Source of the DNA: a virus
Taxonomy: Duplodnaviria; Caudoviricetes
Virus record (IMG/VR): IMGVR_UViG_3300046779_001253
Location: 1 to 38,756 of that record
Length of the DNA stretch: 38,756 nucleotides
Reading direction: 5' to 3' (one strand)
The translations under genes were made by a program, and so were the position numbers. Of the stretch, positions 26,890 to 35,745 are shown in pieces; the stretch's first letter is position 1; each line of letters begins with the position of its first letter. The notes under the pieces are model-generated. The model was not told the origin of the DNA. It did not search any database and saw only the letters and a list, made by a program, of their open reading frames with translations.

Positions 26890-27427
26890 ACTTGGCAAGC
26901 GATACGGTCGCAAGCACCTGCTGGACGTCAAATCGCCAGCCGAGGCGATCCGCGCTTTGTGCGCCAATTTCAAGGATTTCGCCAAGTTTGTTTCCACGTC
27001 ACAGGAACGCAATGTGGGCTACCGCGTGATCAACGTGCGCGACAGCGTCAGCGCCGACGAACTACACACCCCAGCAGGCCGCAGCATCACCATTGCGCCC
27101 GTCATTGCCGGCGCCGGCGGTGGGCTGACGAACATCATTCTGGGCGCCACGCTGATCGCGGCATCCATCCTGCTGCCGCCTGGACCGTGGACCCAGCCGC
27201 TGATGACCATCGGCGCGGCCATGGCCCTTGGCGGTGCCGCACAGCTGCTGTCGCCCGTGCCCAAGCTGGACGCCAACAGCGGCGAGGAAATCAAACAGTC
27301 CTACGTGTTCAGCGGCGCGGTCAACACCACCAGCCAGGGCCAACCGGTGCCGTTCGGCTACGGCCGCATGATCGTCGGCAGCGCGGTGATCAGCGCAGGC
27401 ATTAGCGTCGAGGACATCACAGCATGA
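26864..27427 (+). CDS. Tail assembly protein I-like
   Basis: LLGELGKRYG, PVIAGAG, NTTSQGQPVPFGYG. Confidence 0.93.
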   Translation: MKTIILLGELGKRYGRKHLLDVKSPAEAIRALCANFKDFAKFVSTSQERNVGYRVINVRDSVSADELHTPAGRSITIAPVIAGAGGGLTNIILGATLIAASILLPPGPWTQPLMTIGAAMALGGAAQLLSPVPKLDANSGEEIKQSYVFSGAVNTTSQGQPVPFGYGRMIVGSAVISAGISVEDITA

Positions 27428-30400
27428 CAACATTGCAATCCCGCGCCTATGCGCGAACGCTTGATGCGGTGTCCGAGGGCGAAGTCGTCGGCCTAATCGA
27501 CGGCGCCAAGTCGATCTACCTGAACGGCACGCAGCTGCAGAACGACGACGGCACGTTTAATTTTGAGAACGTCACGTTCGATTCGCGCCCAGGCAGCAAC
27601 AGCCAGACCTACATTGCCGGCATCCCCGCGGTCGAATCCGAAAACGGCGTCAACGTCGAGGTGAGCGCAGACGCTGCCGTCACCCGCACAGTCAGCAACA
27701 CCGACGTGAACGCGGTGCGCGTGACACTGAGCGTTCAGTCGCTGTTCAAGCAGAGCGACGACGGCAAGATCAACGGCACCAGCGTCGACATTGCCATCGA
27801 CGTGCAAACCGACGGCGGCGGCTACGTCGAGCGCCTGACCGACACCATCACCGGCAAGGCGCAAAGCAAATACCAGCGCAGCTACCGCGTCGAACTGACC
27901 GGCAGCGGCCCATGGGACGTTCGCGTGCGCCGCATCACCCCCGACAGCACAGACCTAAAGCTGCAGAACAAGACATATTGGGACAGCTACACCGAGATCA
28001 TCGACGCCAAGCTGCGCTACCCCAACACGGCACTGGTGTCGATGCGCTTCGATTCGGAGAACTTCAACGGCGTGCCCACCAGGGCCTTCGACATGCAGCT
28101 GCTGAAGGTCAAGGTGCCCGTGAACTACGACCCCATTGCGCGCACCTACACAGGCAGCTGGGACGGCACGTTTAAGACGGCATGGACCGACAACCCTGCT
28201 TGGTGTTTCTACGACGTGGTGACCAATGCCAGATACGGCATCGGCGGCTATATCGACCCAGCGCAGGTCGACAAGTGGGCGCTGTATTCGATCAGCCAAT
28301 ATTGCGACGAACTGGTGCCCGACGGGTTCGGTGGTTTCGAGCCACGGTTCACCTGCAACATGTACCTGCAAAGCCGCACTGAAGCCTTCAAAGTCGTGCA
28401 AGACCTGGCATCGTGTTTCCGGTCGATGGTCTACTGGGCATCGGGCAGCCTGACGCTGTCGCAGGACGCGCCCAGCGACCCCGTGGCGCTTTACACCCAA
28501 GCCAACGTGCTGGACGGCGTTTTCCGCTATTCCGGCAGCAGTGCCAAGGCGCGCCACACTGTCGCGCTGGTGACATGGAACGACCCCGCGGACATGTACG
28601 CGCAAAAGGTCGAATATGTCGAAGACCAAGAGGCCATTGCACGGTTTGGCGTGGTGCCCACCGAGGTGGTGGCCATTGGCTGCACCAGCCGTGGCCAAGC
28701 CAACCGTGTCGGCCGCTGGCTGCTGTTTTCCGAGCGCTACCAATCCGAAACGGTGACCTTTGCCACCGGCATTGAAGGCGCCGTGGCACGCCCTGGCCAA
28801 GTCATCAAGGTGGCCGACGCATCGCGCGCCGGTTCGCGCCTTGGCGGCCGCGTTCACAGCGCCACCACCACCACGGTGACGCTGGACGCATCGGTCAACC
28901 TTGGCGCATCGACTTGGACGCTGTACGCCATGCTGCCCGACGGCACCGTCGAAAGCCGCACCGTGTCTGGTGCAGTAGGTGCAGCTGTCAGCGTCACGTC
29001 GGCGTTCACAACCGCACCGCAGGCCGGCGCGCAGTGGATCCTGTCGACCAGCACCGTCGAGGCGCAGACGTTCCGCGTGCTGTCGGTGGCCGAGCAAGAA
29101 AACGGCGTGATCGAGATCACCGCGCTGAAGCACGACCCCGACAAATACGACGCCGTGGAAACCGGCCTGGTGTTGCAAACACGCGACATCACCGACCTGA
29201 ACGAGCCACCACCGCCAACATCGAACGGCAGCCTAAGCGAATACATTTACGCCACCCTAACTGACGTCAAGGTGGCGGCGACGTTCACTTGGGACCAGGT
29301 GGCGCGCGCCACAAGCTACGAAGTCACCTACAGCATCGACAGCGGCAACCCTGTAGTGGTGACAACCGGCACAAACGCTATTGAACTGCTAGACACGCCA
29401 TCGGGCGACTACGTGGTGACAGTCAAAGCGGTGTCGTCGCTGGGCGTCAGATCGGTGCCTTACACGTTCACGGTCACGGTGCTGGGAAAGACAGCGCGCC
29501 CGCTGGACGTCACCGGCTTGCAAATGACCGTGCAGGCTGACACCGGCATTTTGCAGTGGGACAGCCACCCAGACCTGGATGTGCGCATCGGCGGCCAGAT
29601 CGCGATTCGATATTCCGAATTGCTAGAGGGCGCGCAATGGAACACATCAATCCCAATTGCTGATTTTCCTGGTTCGTCCACCAACGGCAGCGTGCCCTTG
29701 CGCGCAGGGACTTACTTGGCCAAAGCAAAAGACAGCGTCGGCATGCTAAGTCAAAACGCCACGCTGATCGTGACCAACGCGCCGAACATTCTGCAGTTCA
29801 ATGCGGTGGCGTCATCGCAGCAGGATCCGACATTCACAGGCACAAAAACCGATCTGGTGCTGCTGAACGACAAGCTGCTGCTGGACCAAGCCGAATACAT
29901 GGACGACATGGTCGACTGGGACGCGGTGACAAACCTGGAAGGCGGGCTGGTCGAATCGGGTGAATACGAATTCGACACCTACGTCGACACCGGCGCCGTC
30001 TACACCAGCCGCGTCACCGCATCGTTCAGCGTGCTGTCCTACAACATTACCAACTTGGTCGATGAGTGGGGGCTAATTGACGGTCTGGGCCTGATCGACG
30101 ACGGGTCGCCCACAGCGGACTACGTGGACAGCTGGACCGACTGGGACGCCATCGGCAACATCGACCTGCCCAACACGTTCGACGATGCCACACTGCAGAT
30201 CTACATCGCCACCACCAACGACGACCCAGCCGGCACACCAACCTGGTCAGACTGGCGCCTGTTCTACGTTGGCGACTACACATCACGGGCGTTCAAATTC
30301 AAGGTTAAGCTGACCCGCGGCGAGAACGACAACAACCAGGTGGCGCTGTCAGTGCTTGGCGTGACCATCGACGTGCCGGACCGAATTGAGAGCGCCAACA

Positions 30401-30621
30401 ACGTCGCAGTGGGCACCAGCGGGCTATCTGTGACATTCGCCCATGCGTTCTACGCAACGCCAGCCGTCGCGGTCACAGCAGAAAACATGGCTACTGGGGA
30501 TTACGCGGCAATTACCGCAAAATCTGCCACAGGGTTTACAATTCAGTTCAAGAATAGCGCAGGCACCGGCGTTGCGCGAACCATGGACTGGATTGCCAAG
30601 GGTTATGGTTACCAGAACTAA
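27424..30621 (+). CDS. Central tail tip / host specificity protein J-like
   Basis: VSEGEVVG, YPNTAL, WTDNPAW, EPRFTCN, GCTSRGQA; FN3-like segments. Confidence 0.95.
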   Translation: MTTLQSRAYARTLDAVSEGEVVGLIDGAKSIYLNGTQLQNDDGTFNFENVTFDSRPGSNSQTYIAGIPAVESENGVNVEVSADAAVTRTVSNTDVNAVRVTLSVQSLFKQSDDGKINGTSVDIAIDVQTDGGGYVERLTDTITGKAQSKYQRSYRVELTGSGPWDVRVRRITPDSTDLKLQNKTYWDSYTEIIDAKLRYPNTALVSMRFDSENFNGVPTRAFDMQLLKVKVPVNYDPIARTYTGSWDGTFKTAWTDNPAWCFYDVVTNARYGIGGYIDPAQVDKWALYSISQYCDELVPDGFGGFEPRFTCNMYLQSRTEAFKVVQDLASCFRSMVYWASGSLTLSQDAPSDPVALYTQANVLDGVFRYSGSSAKARHTVALVTWNDPADMYAQKVEYVEDQEAIARFGVVPTEVVAIGCTSRGQANRVGRWLLFSERYQSETVTFATGIEGAVARPGQVIKVADASRAGSRLGGRVHSATTTTVTLDASVNLGASTWTLYAMLPDGTVESRTVSGAVGAAVSVTSAFTTAPQAGAQWILSTSTVEAQTFRVLSVAEQENGVIEITALKHDPDKYDAVETGLVLQTRDITDLNEPPPPTSNGSLSEYIYATLTDVKVAATFTWDQVARATSYEVTYSIDSGNPVVVTTGTNAIELLDTPSGDYVVTVKAVSSLGVRSVPYTFTVTVLGKTARPLDVTGLQMTVQADTGILQWDSHPDLDVRIGGQIAIRYSELLEGAQWNTSIPIADFPGSSTNGSVPLRAGTYLAKAKDSVGMLSQNATLIVTNAPNILQFNAVASSQQDPTFTGTKTDLVLLNDKLLLDQAEYMDDMVDWDAVTNLEGGLVESGEYEFDTYVDTGAVYTSRVTASFSVLSYNITNLVDEWGLIDGLGLIDDGSPTADYVDSWTDWDAIGNIDLPNTFDDATLQIYIATTNDDPAGTPTWSDWRLFYVGDYTSRAFKFKVKLTRGENDNNQVALSVLGVTIDVPDRIESANNVAVGTSGLSVTFAHAFYATPAVAVTAENMATGDYAAITAKSATGFTIQFKNSAGTGVARTMDWIAKGYGYQN

Positions 30622-30631
30622 GGACTGATCA

Positions 30632-31348
30632 ATGAGCCAACACGATTACAACATTGCCAACGGCGGCGGCGCTGCGGTTCGCGCAGACATCAACAACGCT
30701 TTGGCGGCCATCCTGTCGCAGAACAGCGGCGCTACTGCGCCAACGACCACTAAGCCGTTCATGCTGTGGTACGACACCGCAAACGCATTGATCAAAATGC
30801 GCAACGCTGCCGACACTGGCTGGATCGATTACATGAACACTTCTGGCCAGCTGGTGGCCCCGACTGCTACTGGTTTGATTACTGCATTGGGTGGGCAAAT
30901 CAAGTTTCCGACCACGCAAATCGCATCATCCGATGCAAATACCATGGATGATTACGAGGAAGGGACTTTTACGGCGACTCTTTCTTTTGGCGGCGGGTCA
31001 ACTGGGATAATCTATGCCAACAACACATTCGCGTACCAAAAGGTAGGTAATACCGTCCATATAACCGGCTATATAAATATAACTAACAAAGGTTCATCAA
31101 CTGGTGATGCTGTTATTAGCGGGCTACCGTTTACGTCACTAAATATTAGTGCAGCGTACTCATCATCAGGAATGCACTTGAATGGCGTTTCGTTCGGCGG
31201 CTATCCAAACTGCTTCATTCCTACAAATACAACAACGATTTCATTGTATCAATGCTCAGACGCCGGCAATGCTACTGCGCTAAGTAATTCAAACTTTTCA
31301 AACACAAGCGGCCTTATTTTCAATTTCACCTATCGCGCAGCCACTTAA
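30632..31348 (+). CDS. Tail fibre/spike protein 1
   Basis: MSQHDY...RADINNAL N-terminal module; DDYEEGTFT...YQKVGNTV...ISGLPF C-terminal domain. Confidence 0.75.
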   Translation: MSQHDYNIANGGGAAVRADINNALAAILSQNSGATAPTTTKPFMLWYDTANALIKMRNAADTGWIDYMNTSGQLVAPTATGLITALGGQIKFPTTQIASSDANTMDDYEEGTFTATLSFGGGSTGIIYANNTFAYQKVGNTVHITGYINITNKGSSTGDAVISGLPFTSLNISAAYSSSGMHLNGVSFGGYPNCFIPTNTTTISLYQCSDAGNATALSNSNFSNTSGLIFNFTYRAAT

Positions 31349-31392
31349 CCCATAGTCAGACCAGAACAGTTTGACCAGACACAAGGAAAAAA

Positions 31393-31644
31393 ATGTCACT
31401 TACCAAAACCACCACAGTCGATCAAATCACCGTCACCGAGAACGGCATCGTTCTCTACCGTGAAGCAACACGCATCATGGAAGACGGCAACCAGATCAGC
31501 CAAACTTACCATCGCACCAGCCTGACACCTGGGCAGTCGCTCACCGGCCAGCCTGCGAACGTTGCAGCCATTGCGCAGGCCGCGTGGACGCCCGAAGTTG
31601 TGGCCGCATATCAGGCTGCAATGGAAACTGCACAGCGTCCCTAA
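31393..31644 (+). CDS. Small fibre-associated protein (possible chaperone)
   Basis: AAGGA RBS; EDGNQIS..YHR...WTPEVVAAY; directly follows fibre 1. Confidence 0.65.
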   Translation: MSLTKTTTVDQITVTENGIVLYREATRIMEDGNQISQTYHRTSLTPGQSLTGQPANVAAIAQAAWTPEVVAAYQAAMETAQRP

Positions 31645-31656
31645 TACTGCCGATGT

Positions 31657-32343
31657 ATGAGCCAACACGACTACGTCATCGACAACCAGGACGGTGCCAG
31701 CTTTCGGGCTGACATCAACAACGCGCTGGGGGCTGCTGTCAGCCTGAACAGTGGCCCGACTGAGCCTGCGACACCCTACGCCTACATGCTGTGGCAAGAC
31801 ACGACTGCTGGCGTTCTGAAGCAACGCAACGCGGCCAACAACGCATGGGTGACTTTGCCTGAAGCGCTGGCGATCCGACAGCTGACCAGCGCGGCCGTTC
31901 AGGCGACAACGTCCGGCACGTCCAAAGACTTCACCAGCATTCCAAGCTGGGTGAAGCGCATCACCGTCATGTTCAACGGCGTCAGCACCAACGGCACCAA
32001 TTCACCAATCATCCAGCTGGGCGATGCAGGCGGCATCGAGGCCACAGGCTACACCGCGACGGCGTCTGATTCTGGCGGCCGCCTGTCTGAAACCACCGGT
32101 TTCCCAGTCGCCCGCGGTGTCAGCGCTGGCGATCAAATGACCGGCGTGCTGCAGCTGTCATTGCTGGACGCAGCCACCAACACCTGGGTGGCCATGGGCA
32201 ACAGCACGCGCACCGGCAGCGCAAACACGTATTTCCTGAGTGGCGCGAAATCGCTGTCAGCGACGCTGGACCGAATTCGTTTCACCAACATTGGCGGCAC
32301 CGATGCGTTCGATGCCGGATCTGTCAACATCCTATACGAATAA
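31657..32343 (+). CDS. Tail fibre/spike protein 2 (N-terminal paralogue of fibre 1)
   Basis: MSQHDY...RADINNAL module; different C-domain (DFTSIPSWVKRI...FDAGSVNILYE). Confidence 0.75.
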   Translation: MSQHDYVIDNQDGASFRADINNALGAAVSLNSGPTEPATPYAYMLWQDTTAGVLKQRNAANNAWVTLPEALAIRQLTSAAVQATTSGTSKDFTSIPSWVKRITVMFNGVSTNGTNSPIIQLGDAGGIEATGYTATASDSGGRLSETTGFPVARGVSAGDQMTGVLQLSLLDAATNTWVAMGNSTRTGSANTYFLSGAKSLSATLDRIRFTNIGGTDAFDAGSVNILYE

Positions 32344-32426
32344 CATCACCAAAAGCCACGGCATTCACATGGCGATCAGTCAAAGACGCCGTGTAAAATG
32401 CAGGCAGTTTCACCATCAGCGACATC

Positions 32427-32672
32427 ATGGAAAACCCAAACATTCATCACGACCTTGGCCGCCACGATGCACAAATTGAAGCGCTGCAAGAGCAGGTGAA
32501 ACAGCTGCACGCTGACATGCAAAAGATGAACGACACGCTGGTGGCGATCAATCGCACGCTGTCCGAAGCGCGTGGCGGCTGGCGCACGCTGATGCTGGTG
32601 GGAGGCATTGCAGCCACCGTCGGCGCGGCGTTTGCAAAGGCGGTCACATGGCTGCACGCCATGCCCAAGTGA
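32427..32672 (+). CDS. Coiled-coil single-TM protein (holin/antiholin-like candidate)
   Basis: Heptad-like region followed by GGW and a hydrophobic helix; first gene of the lysis region. Confidence 0.6.
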   Translation: MENPNIHHDLGRHDAQIEALQEQVKQLHADMQKMNDTLVAINRTLSEARGGWRTLMLVGGIAATVGAAFAKAVTWLHAMPK

Positions 32673-32673
32673 T

Positions 32674-33405
32674 GTGGACCCGCTGACAGCGCTTGCCGCC
32701 CTGCGTGCCGCCTACAACGGCATTCAGTTCTGCTGCGAATGTCTGAGCGAAGGGACCGTCCAAGTCCAAAAAATCAAAAAGGCAGCAGAGCAAGCCCAAG
32801 CCCTGGTCAAAGACGCCAAGACGTTCTGGGGCATCATCAAAGGGCTGTTCGGCATCAAGCCGCCCCCTGCCCCGCCAGCTGCAGCTGCACCGGCCGCCAA
32901 GACCACCAAACCCAAAGACGAATACATCCGGCACGTGCCCACCGAGGACGACATCGTCCAGCAGTTCGTCAAACACGTGGGTGATTTTTTTCAGCAGCAC
33001 CGCGATCTGAGCGAATACTGCGAACGCCGTTATGCCGAGGTCTACGCGATGGACCGGCCAGACCCACGCGACATTTTGGAGTTGTCGCAGATCAAGCACG
33101 AACTGGATGGCGCCTACGGCAAACTAAGCGAAATGATGCGCGTGCAGGCGCCACCACAGCTTGGTCCTTTGTGGGACAATTTCAACAGCATCTACGGCGC
33201 CGTTCAGGACGAGCAGCACGCCCGCCGTGAGCGCGAACGCATCCAACGAAACCAAGACGCATGGCTACACGACCAAACCCGAATTTTCCTAATCGACCGC
33301 CTGGTGGCGGTGGCGGTCGCACTGGGTCTGGCGATCTGGGTGTGGGCGCTGATGTGGTCGTTAGGATGGCAAGACGTGACACCGCCTGGTTTCGGGTCGT
33401 CGTGA
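32674..33405 (+). CDS. Hypothetical membrane-anchored helical protein
   Basis: GTG start (DPLTALAA); C-terminal TM helix. Confidence 0.7.
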   Translation: MDPLTALAALRAAYNGIQFCCECLSEGTVQVQKIKKAAEQAQALVKDAKTFWGIIKGLFGIKPPPAPPAAAAPAAKTTKPKDEYIRHVPTEDDIVQQFVKHVGDFFQQHRDLSEYCERRYAEVYAMDRPDPRDILELSQIKHELDGAYGKLSEMMRVQAPPQLGPLWDNFNSIYGAVQDEQHARRERERIQRNQDAWLHDQTRIFLIDRLVAVAVALGLAIWVWALMWSLGWQDVTPPGFGSS

Positions 33406-33560
33406 TTTTCCTGTCGCTGGCGCTGTGGATGGGATTGCCGCTGGCATTTCTGATCTGGCGCACCACCGAGAAAAAGCTGCTGAAGCAAGAGGCTGTGATC
33501 GAACAGCAAAACCGTAAAATCGCTAAACTAGAGCGCAAACTAAATAAGGATGAAGAATGA
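33366..33560 (+). CDS. Small TM plus coiled-coil protein
   Basis: MARRDTAWFRVVVIFLSLALW...; stop overlaps the next start; exact start uncertain. Confidence 0.55.
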   Translation: MARRDTAWFRVVVIFLSLALWMGLPLAFLIWRTTEKKLLKQEAVIEQQNRKIAKLERKLNKDEE

Positions 33561-34009
33561 CACGCAGTGAACTTGAAATAATCATCAAGAAACGCGCAGC
33601 CGTGGTGATCGGTATTTTGGCCGCCTTCATTGCCATCAACGGGTTTTATGGCAATTCGAATTCGGGCAAAGTGCTGTCGAAGACTATCGCGGCAAACAAC
33701 CAGTGGGCCTGGTATCAGGCAAAGAACGTGCGTTCGGTGATCTACGAAACCGCCCACCGCCCTGACGATGCCAAGCGCATGAAAGACGACATGGCCGAGA
33801 TCCAAGCCCGCGCCCAGGCATTCGAGGCAGAGCGCGACAAGGCGTCTGCCAAGGGTCCGTATTACACCTATGCAGGCATCGCCCTGCAGCTTGGCGTCGT
33901 GGCTGCAACGCTGGCCATTCTCGCTGTGTTCATGCCCGTATTCTGGGCGTCCATTGGTGTCGGTTCATTCGGCATCGTTCTTTTCTTCATTGGCCACTTT
34001 GGGGTTTAA
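33557..34009 (+). CDS. DUF4337-like membrane protein
   Basis: TM helix, NQWAWYQAKNVR motif, coiled coil, two C-terminal TM helices. Confidence 0.7.
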   Translation: MTRSELEIIIKKRAAVVIGILAAFIAINGFYGNSNSGKVLSKTIAANNQWAWYQAKNVRSVIYETAHRPDDAKRMKDDMAEIQARAQAFEAERDKASAKGPYYTYAGIALQLGVVAATLAILAVFMPVFWASIGVGSFGIVLFFIGHFGV

Positions 34010-34012
34010 ATC

Positions 34013-34342
34013 ATGAAAAAATTTCTTTCAGCCATCAATTCACGCACGTCGCAGTTCACCATCATTCCGGTGCTGATCCTGGTCTGGTTCATTTGGACCG
34101 ACCCGTCGCCAGGCTTTGCCGACACCCTGCTGCGCGTTCAGCTGTGGGCGCAGGCACTACTGGTCACTGGCGTGGCTTACGCGATCTGCAAGGCCATGCT
34201 GGGCACCGCATCGAGTGAGGACCTTTACGAACAGTCGATCATGGGCAATTACGCTGCCGGCATCGCCTATCTTGGCGTTTGCATCATGCGCGTTGGCGTT
34301 CTGATCGGCTTGCTGCTGTTCTTTGCACAGGTGCAAAAGTGA
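34013..34342 (+). CDS. Putative holin (3 TM)
   Basis: Three hydrophobic segments; directly upstream of and overlapping the endolysin. Confidence 0.6.
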   Translation: MKKFLSAINSRTSQFTIIPVLILVWFIWTDPSPGFADTLLRVQLWAQALLVTGVAYAICKAMLGTASSEDLYEQSIMGNYAAGIAYLGVCIMRVGVLIGLLLFFAQVQK

Positions 34343-35067
34343 AGCGCCTGGCGGCCATCCTGTGCGCGTTAAGCGTGGCGGCGGCTGCCAATGCAGCGCC
34401 CACCAAACGCGCGCCACCACCCGACGTCAACACCTACATCCCAGAGCAGGCGGTCCAGCACCTGCCAACGCTATCCAAGCAGGTGAAAGAGGTCTGGCCA
34501 ACGTTCTACGCGCCCAACTATTTCGGCGCCCTGATCGAACATGAAAGCTGCATCAGCCTGACGCACAGCAAGTGCTGGAACCCCACGTCGCGCCTGAAAT
34601 CCGACCGCGAGGAAGGCGCCGGCCTTGGCCAGCTGACCCGCGCATTCAAGGCCGACGGATCCACCAGGTTCGATGCATTGGAAGACGCCAAGCGCCTGGA
34701 CGCCAAGGGCCTGAACGACCTGCGCTGGGATACCGTTTACCAGCGGCCAGACCTGCAAATGCGCGTGGTGATCCTGATGACGCGTGCAAACTGGAACCGG
34801 CTGGACAAGCTGGTGGCCGACAACGACGGCAAGCTGGCCATGACTGATGCGGCCTACAACGGAGGCATCGGCGGCGTGCTGAACGAACGCAGGGCATGCG
34901 GCCTGCGCGAAGGCTGCGACCCCAACAAGTGGTTTGGCCACGTCGAAAAGGTTTGTTTGAAGTCAACCAAACCGCTGTATGCCGGCCGCAGCGCTTGCGA
35001 CATCAATCGCCACCATGTGCACGATGTGCTGCACACCCGCATGCCAAAATACAAGGGCAAAATATGA
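34339..35067 (+). CDS. Endolysin, lytic transglycosylase-like, with signal peptide
   Basis: IEHES catalytic Glu, GAGLGQ, AAYNGG; N-terminus KRLAAILCALSVAAAANA. Confidence 0.85.
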   Translation: MKRLAAILCALSVAAAANAAPTKRAPPPDVNTYIPEQAVQHLPTLSKQVKEVWPTFYAPNYFGALIEHESCISLTHSKCWNPTSRLKSDREEGAGLGQLTRAFKADGSTRFDALEDAKRLDAKGLNDLRWDTVYQRPDLQMRVVILMTRANWNRLDKLVADNDGKLAMTDAAYNGGIGGVLNERRACGLREGCDPNKWFGHVEKVCLKSTKPLYAGRSACDINRHHVHDVLHTRMPKYKGKI

Positions 35068-35546
35068 AGCTGCTGGACCTGGTGCCCAGCTGGGCGTGGG
35101 CTGTTGCGCTGTCGCTGGTTCTGGCGTTTGCCGGCACCAGCTACGTGCGCATGAAGATCGCCCAAACCGAACTGGCGACCTATCGCGCCGAGGTCGCAGA
35201 GAACACCGCCAAGGCAGAGGCAGCGGCACGCGCCAAGGAACGCGCCTGGCAAAAACAGAATGAAAGGGTCGCACAGAATGCAATGGAAAAACAAACCGAA
35301 CTGGCCCAGCGCGCTGCTGCTGCTGCCCTTGCTGCTGACAGCCTGCGCGACCAGATCGACCGACTTAATGCCCGTACAAGCCCCACAGATCCCGCCGCCG
35401 CCGGCTTCGCTAATGAAGCCAGTGCCGCCCGAAAATTACTTGGACAGTGCGCAAAAGCATATCGAAGCCTGGCAGAAAGAGCTGTCGAATTCCGCGACCA
35501 AGTGACCGGCCTGCAGGACTGGGCCAAGGTCGTCACCGCCGAGTAA
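35064..35546 (+). CDS. Rz: i-spanin (Rz-like)
   Basis: N-terminal TM, long coiled coil, ends GLQDW; follows the endolysin. Confidence 0.85.
   Translation: MKLLDLVPSWAWAVALSLVLAFAGTSYVRMKIAQTELATYRAEVAENTAKAEAAARAKERAWQKQNERVAQNAMEKQTELAQRAAAAALAADSLRDQIDRLNARTSPTDPAAAGFANEASAARKLLGQCAKAYRSLAERAVEFRDQVTGLQDWAKVVTAE
35260..35505 (+). CDS. Rz1: o-spanin lipoprotein (Rz1-like), nested in the +1 frame of Rz
   Basis: Lipobox LLLTAC followed by a Pro-rich mature segment; start may be the second Met. Confidence 0.85.
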   Translation: MKGSHRMQWKNKPNWPSALLLLPLLLTACATRSTDLMPVQAPQIPPPPASLMKPVPPENYLDSAQKHIEAWQKELSNSATK

Positions 35547-35745
35547 ACAGGCGGTCTTGGCGTTCTTTGAGTTTTGCGCATTCGATGCACAGGCGCAGAT
35601 TAAGTGCACGCCGCGCCGGCGTGATGGGATCTTCGCAACGTTCACATGATTCGGGTGACGGCTTTGCGGTTTTCGCCTGCACCGCGGCAATGCGATAGTT
35701 CATTTCCCGCATGATCATGTCGTTGGCGATGTCGGCTTCATCCAT
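35533..35745 (-). CDS. TraR/DksA C4 zinc-finger protein
   Basis: N-terminal DEADIA (DxxDxA) and CERC...RR...LCIEC. Confidence 0.9.
   Translation of the reverse strand: MDEADIANDMIMREMNYRIAAVQAKTAKPSPESCERCEDPITPARRALNLRLCIECAKLKERQDRLFTRR

Noticed and set aside
30632-32343. Diversity-generating retroelement or invertible fibre cassette
   Set aside because: No reverse transcriptase, no adenine-specific TR/VR pair, no invertase or inverted crossover sites; similarity is limited to N-terminal paralogy
35260-35505. Nested Rz1 as a novel overlap
   Set aside because: Real, but the embedded Rz/Rz1 arrangement is well known from lambda; listed as a feature only
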